This document shows, piece by piece, positions 51,382 to 64,000 of a stretch of DNA of 64,000 nt. Both the position numbers and the translations under genes were made by a program. The DNA is from Euprymna scolopes (taxonomy: Eukaryota). The notes beneath the pieces are model-generated. The model did no database searches and was not told the DNA's origin. It saw only the letters and a program-made list of their open reading frames with translations. The stretch is from the NCBI GenBank assembly GCA_053919585.1, contig CM132809.1; one strand, 5' to 3'. Each line of letters begins with the position of its first letter. The stretch's first letter is position 1.

Positions 51382-54300
51382 TATACGAAAGTATTATTTT
51401 ATGGATAAACTTTAAGTATTTACTTCAACATGCTCATTTCCATTGTTATCAACGCCAACAAACGTCCTACAGGAGAACATGGACGTCGCTTCAACGCTCC
51501 CACCTGCAACGAGGTTTCTGCAGTCATCCAGGGTGAGCACAACAACAAACGCGACATAGTTATTCATACTAGGGGTGGAGGTCTACAGCGAATAACTGAA
51601 ATGCATCGATAATACGACGCACTACAATATCCCCTACTATTTCGTTACGGTGATGATGGATACCATTTTCAAATAACATTTCAACAAAACTTTGGGCAAA
51701 CCACCATGAATCCAAAAACTGTTATATGCAGAGCATATTACGCATACAGACTGATGGTTCGCAACGACGATTTCAACACTCTCCTTCGGGGTGGACCTCT
51801 TCTGCAACAATTCATAGTCGATATGGAGTCTGAAAGGCTCCTATATATTCGGGTCCACCAAAAACGGCTTCGGTCGTCTTCATACATACATCTCCGCAAT
51901 GGCATGAGAAATGAAACTGACCCTCACACTGTTGGAAAACTGACAATTCTTCCGTCCACATACATTGGTGGGCCACGTTATATGCACGCCCGCACACAAG
52001 ACCCAATGACGTACGACCGGATTTGTTTATTATCTTCACCTGCAATCCATCGTGGGAAGAAATACGAGATGAACTGTTTCTGGGCCAAGAACACTACGAC
52101 CGACCTGATCTCATTGCCCGTGTTTTCCGGCTTAAATTGTGCAAACTAATGGAACTTATAGTTAAGGGTGAAGTCTACGGCCGGGTAAGGTGCCACATAT
52201 TCACCGTAGAGTGGCAAAAAAGAGGCCTTCTGCATGCCCATATCTTAATCTGGATTTGTGAACAGATTTAATCCACTGATATCGACAAAATTATCTCAGC
52301 CGAGATTCCCTATCCTGGATTGGACCCACAGCTTTACGAAATTGTCAAAGCAACGATGGTTCATGGACCCTGTGGTCCTGGCCAGAAAGCTCGATCATGA
52401 TGTAAAAAGAACGCGGTGTGCGCTTGCGGCTACACACGGAGATTTGTCACTGCAACACAAACAGGAGGTGATGGTTACCTGCTTTACAGGCGACGGAGTC
52501 CAGGTGATGGGGGCCATACGATGATAGTCGGTCGGAGCACTGTTGATAATCGATGGATAGTACCGTACTGTCCCATGATGACGAAAAATTTCCAATCGCA
52601 CATCAATGTGGAATTCTGTCACTCGTTGAAATCCATTGACTATATCTGCAAATGCATCAACAAGGGCAGCGATGCTGCAGCATTTGCTGTTCAGCGCGAC
52701 CGTTCTCGGGACGAGCCGTCTGCTCATGTCATTGGACGTTTCCTGTGTTGCGGAGAAAGTGTATCGCATTTTTACTCATTTCCCTTGCATCAAAGATACC
52801 CTGCAGTTATAAAACTCGCTGTTCACCTTGTCAATTGGCAAAGAGTTTACTTTTCTGCCGGCACTGCTCATCAGGTGGTGGAGCATCCACCAGAAACTAC
52901 GCTTACTGCCTTCTTCAAACTATGCGGCCATGATGAGTTTGCAAAGACGCTTCTGTATCCACAGATCCCTTCCTACTACACCTGGAATAACAGTGGACTC
53001 GACGGAATTGTGGAGATTCTGTCGATGGCTTACCAGAGGTTAAACATGATTCCTTTCTCGGGCGAGTTTACACAGTCCCACCGCATCAACATGAGTGCTT
53101 CCATCTTCGTCTTCTCCTTCACGAAGTCCGTGGTCCTATAAGTTTTGATGACATAAAAACTCTCGTTGGCGTCCTGTGTGAAACCTTCCGTGGTGCATGC
53201 TCCCAGTTGGGACTACTTGAAAACGATTCCCAGTGGGATGCTGTCATGACAGAGGGAAGTCTATTCAAATCTCCCCATGCTCTACGGTTGCTCTTTGCAA
53301 TTATGATAGTATGGTGCGACGTGAGCAATCCAAAACATCTATGGATGAGATTTCGTAACTTCATGACCGAAGACATTTCCAGAAGAGCCCAACTTGAGTA
53401 TACGTCAGTTGAGCTAGACTACTCCCAGGTGATTTATAACGAAGGGCTAATTTGCCTCGAAGATCTCCTTTTAGAAATTGATGGTTCCACTTTACCATCA
53501 TATTGCCTACCTGCCCCCATCCGCCATGAAGGGAATAGTTTGAGCCTAAATTTACTGCGTGAAATATGCTACTCGACCACAGAACTTACTGCGTACATTG
53601 CTGAGAATGAACCTAAATTTTGCCTGAACAACTGAACGTCTACCATATGATCACTGACAATGTTCAACAGAACCGTGGAGGGATATTTTTCTTGGACGCA
53701 CTTGGTGGCACAGGAAAAACCTTTGTCACCAAATTAATACTTGCCCATGTGCAACGGAGTGGAGCTGTCGCTATAGCTTTTGCAACCTCTGGAATTGTTG
53801 CAACTTTACTCCCAGATGGCAGAACGGCACGTTCAGCTTTAAAATTGCCCATCAACTACACACGAACTGAATTCCCAACATGCAACATCGAAAAGAATTC
53901 GGATAAAGCTGTTTTATTCCGCAGATGCAAACTCATCGTATGGGATGAATGCACAATGGCGCACAAAGTTGCGTTGGCAGCATTGAACAGGACACTTCAA
54001 GATGTACGCAACTGTGATAACATCATGGGTGAATTAACAGTTCTGCTGTGTGGAGATTTCCGACAAACACTTCCTGTTGTCTCAAAAGGGACACGCGCTG
54101 ATGCTGTTCAAGCATGCCTGAAATCATTGATACTGTGGGATCAAGTTCACCATTTAAAACTCACAACAAATATGCGTGTCCACCTTATCCGCAACCCGGA
54201 TGCTGCTAATTTCTCTAAAGCACTTCTGGAACTTGGTGAAGGACGTACTCCCGCAGCCAGTGAGGATTACACAAATGTTGAACAGATATCAACCATCGTT

Positions 54301-55892
54301 GAAACGCCAACCCACCTATACCAGGCAGTTTTCGAGAACATTCAGAAAAGCTACAGGGACTTTGATTGGCTCGCCGCGAGAGCGATTCTGGCTCCAAAAA
54401 ACGCCTCCGTCAATTCCATTAATCACAGACTTTTGTAACTCATCCCGGGAGAGGAACGTGTCTATAAATCCATTGACCGCACACCTGATACTGCTGATCT
54501 GGCTGATTACACGGTGAAGTTGCTAAACTCCCTAGAACCACCTGGCCTGTCACCCCACATGCTCCGACTTTAGGTTTGAGCTTCTATAATGCTCATTTGT
54601 AACCTTATACCACCAAACAATGTAATGGCACCCGCCTCGTGGTGACATCCCTGTCACCTAATATTATCAAGGCCCAAATATTGACTGGCTGCGGAAAAGG
54701 AGAGGCAGTGCTAATTTCGAGGATACCCCTATATCCATCAAATCAAGACCTGGGCATCTACTTCAAGCGATCACATTTCCCTGTGAAACTGTGCTTCGCG
54801 ATGTCCATCAACAAATTACAGGGCCAAACCTTTGACGTTGCAGGCATTCATTTACAGGAGCAATGTTTTTCTCATGGTCAGCTCTATGCAGCTGCCTCAC
54901 GCGTGGGCTCACAATCCAAACTCTTTGTGTTTTCTTCTAAAACACTTGCTAAAAATGTTGTTTTCAAAGAGGTTTTATAATTTCTCAACAATTTTACACT
55001 TCAATTTCTCCTCTCTATTAATCGTGTTTATTCCTTCGTAAACTTTGCCAGCACCCAGTACAGAGTTCACAAACCTGAAGTTTTTTTTGTAACAAAATAA
55101 AAAAAAGTTTCATGTATGTACACAATAACCTTTATGGAAAAAGAAATTGAAACCGATTAAATAGAGTAAAAATGTGAATTTGACAAAACCTAGAGTGCCC
55201 TTAAATATATTCAGAAGCATTCGATCCTTATAATTCTTTCATCTTTATTTGGTTGCAAACTCTGCAAAATTAGATTCATTATGAGCAACCCTAAACAATT
55301 GTGTTGGTTGTGGAATAAAATTTTAGCAGTGCAACAGTAAATTATTTTTCTGTTTTTGAACGTCCATTGAAGAAACAACTGATCCTGAAGAAATTGCAAA
55401 ACAGTCTACACACATATTTAGTGAAAATGTGATTCAGAAGTTTCCTAGATGTCGGTTTAACAAAACATAGACCCCAACAACCAAGCACAAGTAGTATGCC
55501 CGGCAACATAAGTTAAGGATTTTTTTGCCAGAGTTGACTAATTGTAGAACTATACAACTACAACGACATAAATTCTTAAAGCAAATAGATAGTCGGTGTA
55601 TCCTGCAGTTTCTTTCGCATAAAGTTAAAGACGTCATGGCTCCCAAAACCTTACCATAGTATGTGATTTTAAGCTGGAAGAATAGCTGCTACGGGGACAA
55701 ATCATAGAAATTAGATTATTGGTGGCACGTTGCATTCACTATGTGGAAGCTACATTGATCAGTAAGGTGTCAATATAACCAAACTTATAATTTTAGGATT
55801 ACAAAAAATAATATTGAATATACCAAAATACAGACATTAAGCATAAAAATGCCATTAAATCAACCCACAAACAAGGTCGGGTAATACTGCTA

Positions 55893-55893
<1 letters not shown>
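51382..55893 (+). mobile_element. Formerly autonomous Helitron, 5' end lost in gap
   Basis: RepHel remnant followed ~900 bp later by CCC..GGG subterminal motif and CTAG|T at 55890-55894. Confidence 0.8.
51430..54980 (+). pseudogene. Helitron RepHel (HUH Rep plus PIF1-family helicase) with multiple stops and frameshifts
   Basis: FTCNPSW, VEWQKRGLLHAHIL, YICKCINKG; GGTGKT, WDEC, GDFRQTLPV, FAMSINKLQGQT, FSHGQLY. Confidence 0.95.
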
Positions 55894-55968
<75 letters not shown>

Positions 55969-56457
55969 GGCATCATTACTTATCAAGGCCAAGATGCCAC
56001 TCGAGGATAAAGATTAAACGTGTGCAGTACTCAATTGGACAATATAGTAATCGTTAGTATTGGAAATTCGGTAAATTTGTTAAGTGGAACGGCTCATCAA
56101 GAACTTTTTACATTTGGACTTAAAGACAACCATATTCTAATCAGCTGGAAAGCAGGCAAGTGAAAGACAGTTCCACAGGCGTGCAGTTCTAAGAAAAAAA
56201 AATGTCATGGAATCTACGTTTAGGTTATGGCACAGATAAAGAGTGGTGGAAATTATTGATAATGTTTTCAGCTAGACGAGTGTTTCTCGTGGAAGTTTGG
56301 CGGGGGGGGACATAGATTGGAGCTCAGATGAGCACTTGTCATGAAAATAATGATAAAGCAGACTCACAAAATGTCTTCTGTCAGAAAGAGGTTGCAGAGA
56401 AGAGAAAAGGGCTTCCTCAACTAGGGTACGAAGTCTATTTTGAACTCTTTCAAGGCT
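55969..56457 (-). mobile_element. CR1/L2-group LINE 3' fragment
   Basis: ORF 56272-56505 LERVQNRLRTLV...KCSSELQSM; conserved 3' hairpin. Confidence 0.85.
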
Positions 56458-57796
56458 TAATAAGTTCTTTCTAACACACGCACACACACATACACACACA
56501 TACACATATAATTATTTCGTCTTTATTTGGTTGCCAACTCTGCAAAATTAGATTCATTATGAGCAACCCTAAACAATTGTGTTGGCTGTGGAATAAAATT
56601 TTAGCAGTGCAACAGTAAATTATTTTTCTGTTTTTGAACGTCCATTGAACAAACAACTGATCCTGAAGAAATTGCAAAACAGTCTACACACATTTTCGGA
56701 AATCATATGGAAACACTTCTTGTTTTATAATAAAAGAAAAGAAAATAAACTTTTATTTATTTTTTTATATTTCTATGAATATGTTTTTAATGTTTAAACT
56801 GCATTCGTATGAAAATATTTTGTTTCAAAAAGTAAATAAACCTTTCATAGTTTACATTTCTATAAATAATTTTCTGAATATTTAAAATATATTCATATGG
56901 CAATAATTTAACATTTTCACAAAATGGACAAAACTGCGTCGGCAATATGGTACCTCGGCGGCTTTATTTCTGTCACACATGAAAGAATTCATGCTGAGAG
57001 AATGAACTCGAATAAAAGCTAGATGCTTTGTTGCATCGTTTGTAATCATTTTAGAAACCTTTTTTTTACAAACGTTGAAAATATGTTTCTTTTTGTGATA
57101 ACACAAGAGGTGTTAATAAACAAAGGCTTCATACATTATTTATAACAAAATCCTGTGATAAAACTTGTGAAAGACATAAATATATTATTAAAAGAAGTCA
57201 CCATTTATAGAAATGTAAGTAATAAAATTATTATAGGTTTTATTTTTCGTGATAACAGATGTGTTAAAACAAAAAATATCAATAAAAGAAAATTGATCAA
57301 TGTTTTTCATTGTTTCATGATAGCACAAAAGTGTCAAAACCAGAAAAATCTTTTGAAAGAAATTATATCCATATGGTTTCGTATTTTGTTTCATGTCATG
57401 TTTCGTTTCATTGTGTTCCGTTCTGTGTTTATGTGAACCGAGTTCACATCCGTCGTCTTACTTTTGAGTACTGAATTTTTGGACTTAACGCGTACTTGAT
57501 GCATAAAATCTTTTATTAAAATTAATTGATTTGGCCTTAAATAACCTAAAAAGTGTTGACACATTTTGCAATATTTTTTAATTATAATGGAGTATGATCC
57601 CGCACGGTCGGGAGATTTTACTTATAAACGATGCTGCTAGGAACTAATGAATCAAATTTATTCACGTTCTCTTCCGAACCAATCTGAAACCAGAATTGCT
57701 CCATAAAAATTAACCTTTTTTCTTTAGCAACCTTGCATATGGTTTCTTCGTGTCAACAGGGGGCGAATCTTTTGCTCTGTGGTTTCAAACTCAAGA

Positions 57797-58298
57797 ACTG
57801 TCTACTGAGAACCAGTCACCTTCAGGACTTGTGTAGAACAACTAACCATCGGAAACTGTTCTGTCTACTAAGAACCAGTCACCTTCAGGATTTGTGTAGA
57901 ACAACTAACCATCGGAAACTGTTCTGTCTACTGAGAACCAGTCACCTCCAGGACGTGTAGAACAACTAACCATCGGAAACTGTTCTGTCTACTGAGAACT
58001 AGTAACCTCTAGGACTTGTGTAGAATAACTAACCATCGGAAACTGTTCTGTCTACTGAGAACCAGCCACCTCTAGGACTTGTGTAGAACAACTAACCATC
58101 GGAAACTGTTCTGTCTACTGAGAACTAGCAACCTCTAGGACTTGTGTAGAATAACTAACCATCGGAAACTGTTCTGTCTACTGAGAACCAGTAACCTCTA
58201 GGACTTGTGTAGAATAACTAACCATCGGAAACTGTTCGGTCTACTGAGAACCAGTCACCTCCAGGACGTGTAGAACAACTAACCATCAGAAACTGCTC
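57797..58298. repeat. Tandem repeat, 63-bp unit (some 61 bp), about 8 copies
   Basis: Unit GTAGAACAACTAACCATCGGAAACTGTTCTGTCTACTGAGAACCAGTCACCTTCAGGACTTGT. Confidence 0.95.
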
Positions 58299-58898
58299 TT
58301 AAACAAAACATGGCTTACAACTGAAAAAATATGACGTAAAATATCACAACTAAATCATACAACATAAATAAGCATTTGAAGATATAAATAACGTAAAACA
58401 TAAAAATATTTATCCAAATGACCAGATTCAGCATTAAACAACTAAAAGAAATCTTTTAAAAGCTTCCAGTTCACGCTCCCCTTTTTTTGTAACTTGGCCA
58501 ACTGTAAGGTTATTTTATCTTAATTGCAATATTAATACGAATACACGCGACGCGTTCTGAAAGAATAAGCGTATTCTGGTATTCTCGTCATTTTCGTCGA
58601 AATATGTACACACGTAAGTTGATAAGTACAGTATTTTCTTTTATCGTCCGGTGATTTTTATTTGGAGCAGGAAATCATATTTCGTTTAAAGATAAAAGAA
58701 AAATTCGGCCGATATTTTAAAAGCATTAACATAATTTGTCTTCTTTTGATGTTAAAACAATATTTTGCTGCGAGTAACCAGAGCGAAACATTAAAAGTCA
58801 TGCAAATATGCTAATGGTATTATGAACACGTATGCTTTATTGCTTTATAAAGAATAATATTACATATATTTTGATATCTTTAATAGTTATTTCATATA

Positions 58899-60450
58899 CG
58901 AGGTGCTTTCAATAAGTTTCCAGACTTTTCTGTAGAGGCATTTAAGATTCGCGTAGACTCTTGAAAATTCAATATGTTATTGCTATACATCTGAGATGAC
59001 TGGCCAATTTTTACGATTTCGTGTTCAATGGAACAGCTACAGAAGGGATTGGAATGCATCCCACTAAAGCATGATCATCACAGCTGGTGAATTTCGAAAA
59101 TGCAATCTGGACGCGAGGATACTAAAATAAAAAATGATATGCAATAAAATTCTGTTTTAAACTTGGAAAAATGCTACAAAAACGTATGGAATGCTTCTGA
59201 CCGCTTTTGGACCATCTTGCATGAATCTATTATCAGTATCATAAGAGATTCAGGGAAAGCAAAGGGTCTGTGAGAGATGATTAGATGTGTGGGAGGAGTA
59301 AAGAAGTCAGAACACCAGAGTTGATTGATCAAATAAAGAATTTCATGGATAAGGACCGTCGTGTGTCTATAGAAACAATAAGTGCACAGTTTGATGCCAG
59401 TGGGTGAACTCTACACACAATTATTCGCGAGGAATTGAAAGTGTGGCAGATTTGCTTGAATGCATCAGTCCACAACTCCATTCTTGTCACAGACTGTTTG
59501 ACCAAGATGGCCATCAAGACAATTCCTCACATTTCCTATAGTCCAAACCTTGCTCCCTGTGACTTTATGTTCCTATTTACAATGCCTCCGCACGGGACAG
59601 AGTTAGACACCAGGGTCGTTTTTTAACGTGGAGAAAAGGAACAAAAATAAAAATTGTCTCAGTCGTGAAGGATTTCTCCTCCACTGACAGAGAACAAGAA
59701 ATTGAAGTGCAACATCTGAAGAACAGACACTACACTTTGAGGTATTTATTTGCTCCCCCACTGAGCAAATTAGGCACAAGGCTGATTTTTAATGTGAGGA
59801 ATGAAGGGGAAATGGATACCAACTCCCCGGGGAGTAGGGGAGTTGGATAGTGACAATTGGCATGAAGAGTTGCCCCTACATATGGTCTTTGCTTGCAGTA
59901 TCTGCCGGAACAGATACTACACTTTGGGATATTAAATCTTTTATTCATGTTAAAAAATACAGTCAAAATCAACGATGAACAAAAAACTTAGGCACATGGC
60001 CAACTCAAAAGGGGGGATTTTGGGGGTCGTTGGTCATCCTTGTCACTCCAGAACTAAACAAAGTCAGAAATTTCTCCCAGCTAGTATCTTCTTTCACCAT
60101 AATAACGCATTCACCCTTTCATATTTGGGGACGTCCTACTTAACTCCCAATTTTTAAAAACATTTTTTATTGACGTGTAAAAACAGAAAAGATAACAATA
60201 AAATGGTACAATTTTGATCTTGTCCCGAAGGCCAAATGTTATTCCTTAAGCTCAATGAAAACCTTAGGCGCTGTTCTTATGAGACAACTGAGGAAGTGAA
60301 AGGGGTTGTGAAGAGAGTCATTGATACTCTCGCAGAAGGTGACTTCAATGGTGCCTTCCATAAGTTGTTGGAACGGTACAGCAAGTGAATTGCAGGAGGA
60401 AGAGATTGCCTCGAAGGAGACCATGCATTCTGTTTCACTTTTAAATAAAA
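58899..60450 (+). mobile_element. Degenerate mariner split by a U2-derived element
   Basis: TA-CGAGGTGC TIR; YSPNLAPCDF ends at the insertion point and the mariner sequence resumes at 60241. Confidence 0.88.
59572..60235 (-). mobile_element. U2-derived SINE-like dimer (unit B 59572-59740, unit A 59741-59926, foreign insert 59927-60212, head remainder 60213-60235)
   Basis: Two CAAAGTGTAGTRTCTGTTC blocks; TSD ATGTT at 59567-59571 and 60236-60240; precisely interrupts the mariner. Confidence 0.88.
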
Positions 60451-61161
60451 TAATTGAACATTTTATATCTATATCATTAATTACTAAAATGAAAGAGAAT
60501 GTTTTTAAATTGCAACAAAATGTACATTACATAAAATAAATCCAAGGTAATTTTTTGATTCAATTTAAATTAAATTTTTATACCTTACTTTGTAAAATTT
60601 ATAAAAGTACACTTTGAAGATAAATAAATTTCAAATTGAATCTTGTACCTTTATTTTTAAAGCCTACAGTGAAAATATTTTGTTTAACAATTTTCCTGCC
60701 TTGGATGAAATGCTTTTCTAACTTGTATCTTATCTTTTTAAGATAATATTTTAAAACCTTTCTGCTCTCTATTTCAGTTTGTATTTCTCCTCACACACCA
60801 AATCATTTTTGCAACCCCTTCTTTGTATTATTACAGGTCTTAATATTCTCTCTGTTCAGTTTGTATTTCTCCTCACACCAAATCTCATTTTTGCAACCCC
60901 CTCTTTGTAATACAGATCTGAATAATGAGAAAATCTGAATTTTTTTAACAAAAACTTAAAAATAACTTTCTTAAATTGTTTTAAACTTCTTTCAGAATAG
61001 AAAATCTTTAAAATTTAATAAGGAACATATTTCATATAGGTTTTATTAACACATATTCAGTACATAACGAGAAAAATAGAGATGAAAATTTCAAAAGGAC
61101 TGTATAACTGGTTACGGTCAATAGTAGTTCTCACCAGCGAATATCTTTGTTATTGTTTTTC

Positions 61162-61194
<33 letters not shown>

Positions 61195-61376
61195 CATTAT
61201 TATTATTATTATTATGTAAAACATTTTGTATCCTGCTCTTTCGCGCGAGGACTAATATTGATAGTATAAGTTCATTACACAGACATGAAAATGTTTCTAA
61301 TTATTAATAAATAAGATATATTCAGGCAAAATGTTTACATTCTTAACCTTGACTACTCTTTCCCTCTCTTCACCCC

Positions 61377-61433
<57 letters not shown>

Positions 61434-61489
61434 GTGTTTGTGTGTGTATGAGTCACTAATTGGCTAATGACCTAATCGTTATGCATCAT

Positions 61490-61525
<36 letters not shown>

Positions 61526-62004
61526 CGTCATCTTGGTTAGTGAAATGGCACAATTATGGTTTTATACCTATCAGTTTTAAAGTGTTCTTTTAAAATTACC
61601 AATTTTATTTGAAGTGGAGCTCCTATGTTCGGATTAATAATATGCATTGCTGGGTAAACATACTTATTCATTATTATTAATCATATGGTATGTAATTTAG
61701 GTGAGTAATATTTAAAAGGTATATCCTAGAAACGTTTGACAAACTTGAATAACAATGGCAATGGTTATAAACATCAAAGAAATAAGAGACATATATATCG
61801 GTATAGAAACATGACAGATAAAAAAGAAACGCCTCATTATGGAAATAAAGTAAATAATTCCTATCTCAATATAATTATGGGAGTTTTACTTTGCACATAT
61901 TATGTGGTGGGACTAATAAATATTTATTTATATCTCTATATAATGTTATGCATGTTTTTATATTTATATGTTTCAATCTCTCTCTCTATCTATCTATCTA
62001 TCTA

Positions 62005-62038
<34 letters not shown>

Positions 62039-62365
62039 CGTCCCTTTAAGAAATAAAATTCTCAAAGTTGAGCACTGTCTAGGAAAATTTCAAAAGTCGG
62101 TCAGCTAACCTTGTGGTCGAGATCGTAACTTCCTGTTACTAATATCGTCTGTATTAAGCGTAAAACTGCACTAGTGTTATAGCATTTCCCTTCATTTATT
62201 AGCGATGAACAGTAGCCCTGGGGCATGCTCCTCGTTAATGGAGCCAAAAATGATTTGTTGTGGTGTTCGGATGCTTCGACCAGTGTTGATCCTCATCTCT
62301 TGCAATTAATAATTGCGTATTACTAGAGAAACTAGTGTTTCTACACTAGTTTATGTAAGTATATA

Positions 62366-62407
<42 letters not shown>

Positions 62408-63327
62408 TTAACAAAAACCAAAAAAACAAGACTTCAAGAAATGGGTTGATAGCAACAAAAAGTGTATTTCATTGTTAGTTACAATTGTTTCAAGACCATT
62501 TCTACAAATTCAAACAATACGTCGTTTGAAAATTTTCACAAGAACAGCCTTTCTTCAGACTACTTAAATAAAGAAACGTTTCCTTTATGAGGAAAAGAAA
62601 ACAAGCGGGAACACTTTACCTCTGTCGCATCCTTTGTCAATTGCTAAAACTTGCAATCCATTCTTACAACAATCTAACCCATTTATTGGTGTTGTTATTC
62701 ATTTGTACTCACTAGGAGTTTTTACGTAGGTCATCATTAGATATTGCTCCCTGACAACAACCCGCGGTGTTTCTGCAATGTGGTTGACAGCAAGTTTACC
62801 TAAATTTCTAGTACCCTCCACTCCATTCGATAATCTTTGGAAATGAATTGCAATTGATTCTCGCTAGCAACGACCATTGGTCTTCTCTAGAATTTGAATG
62901 ACAACAATCCTTCTCAAGGAACCAGTCCGCCACAATTATCCAGTAGATGTCTGTTTAGTGCTTTCTTCCATAAGTCGCTTTATCCTCCGTGACATTTTTT
63001 TTCGACTATTAGCTGTGGTGCCAGTCGATGTCGATACTACGATTTATTTTTTGTTGGGGGTTAGTAATTAATCGCAATTTCCGTTTTCTTCGTTTATGTT
63101 TTGCGTCAGTATCCTTTGTTTGCGTATTATCTATATGTTAATACGATAGTGTGTGTGTTATTTTATGTGTCACACTCACATCTTTTTTTTTCTTCTGAGT
63201 GACTGTCGTTTAATTGTTATGACATTCCATGTCTTGTAATGAATAGTTTTACCAATAATTCTTCATAAGTTTGGGTTACAGTTTCAATCATAGCTGAAGG
63301 ACTCAAGATATAATATATGTATATATA

Positions 63328-63380
<53 letters not shown>

Positions 63381-63540
63381 CATAAGTTTCGGTTTCAATT
63401 AAAGCTGATGCCTCTAAGTCATATGGATATTTTTTTTTTAATCACAACTTTGTTATATATAAGAACTCATAGAAAATTGACTTCAATAATATGAACAAAA
63501 TCTGCACAAATAAAATATCATATTCAAGTATATTTTACGA

Positions 63541-63711
63541 CCAGGCTACGCTGGGCGTCGCTGCTAGCTTAGATAAATACTTTTGCAGTTTTAACAAAAG
63601 AGCTACGATAATATCAGAGAATCTCCATTTACACTGAACATCCACAGAATGCCAACGTCAGTATATTACATATGAAAAAGTCTGCTGTGGAGTTGCCACA
63701 GGTCCCGCTAG
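63541..63711 (+). mobile_element. Two successive Helitron-like 3' ends
   Basis: CCAG..CTGG hairpin then CTAG near 63568; GTGG..CCAC hairpin then CTAG|T near 63711. Confidence 0.4.
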
Positions 63712-63714
63712 TTA

Positions 63715-63752
<38 letters not shown>

Positions 63753-64000
63753 TGTAGTAGTAGTAGTAGTAGTAGTAGTAGTATTGGTTATAGTAGTTGT
63801 AGTAGTATGTACCTACACGGATGCTTTTTTTCTTATAATTAGTAGTATGAAGTGTATTTTTAAAACTAATTTCTTTTTTCGTTTTGAAGTTTTTCAGGAT
63901 GTTAGAACGTAATGAACTACAAAATAAATATCATCTCTTTTATAGGATGAGAGAGAAAATTATTTGTCTGATGGTCTTCTTTACAATAACAAACCAAACA

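Noticed and set aside
51430-54980. Active Helitron transposase
   Set aside because: Split over at least seven ORFs, with a YxxKY to YxxKC change in Rep motif 3
57797-58298. CRISPR-like array or tandem hammerhead
   Set aside because: Units are contiguous with no unique spacers, there are no cas genes, and no CUGANGA core precedes the GAAAC
62850-63060. RLE-type LINE C-terminal relic on the minus strand
   Set aside because: Only scattered fragments across frames; too weak to call

Overview
AT-rich animal (probably invertebrate) non-coding DNA with five assembly gaps (341-471, 7342-7472, 29266-29394, 33482-33611, 51226-51381) and many (TA)n, (TAA)n and (GA)n microsatellites. I found no host protein-coding gene and no intact transposon ORF; the window is made of nested mobile-element relics. 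These are a frameshifted Helitron Rep-PIF1 gene, non-autonomous Helitrons, Tc1, mariner and DD37D-like remnants, MITEs, solo LTRs, about ten 3' fragments of one CR1/L2-group LINE and a Vingi-like RT relic. The most interesting signals are small-RNA-derived retroposons. (1) Three TSD-flanked insertions of a U2-snRNA-headed SINE-like family in which the U2 branch-point-recognition sequence is followed by its own antisense, with a covarying GNRA hairpin, an Sm-like site and dimeric copies. (2) About a dozen Penelope-type minimal hammerhead ribozyme motifs, several just downstream of tRNA-like Pol III heads or in palindromic pairs. (3) A 5S-rRNA-headed SINE with a Deu/Nin-like core. All assignments are by eye and from remembered consensus motifs; no searches were run and some boundaries are approximate.
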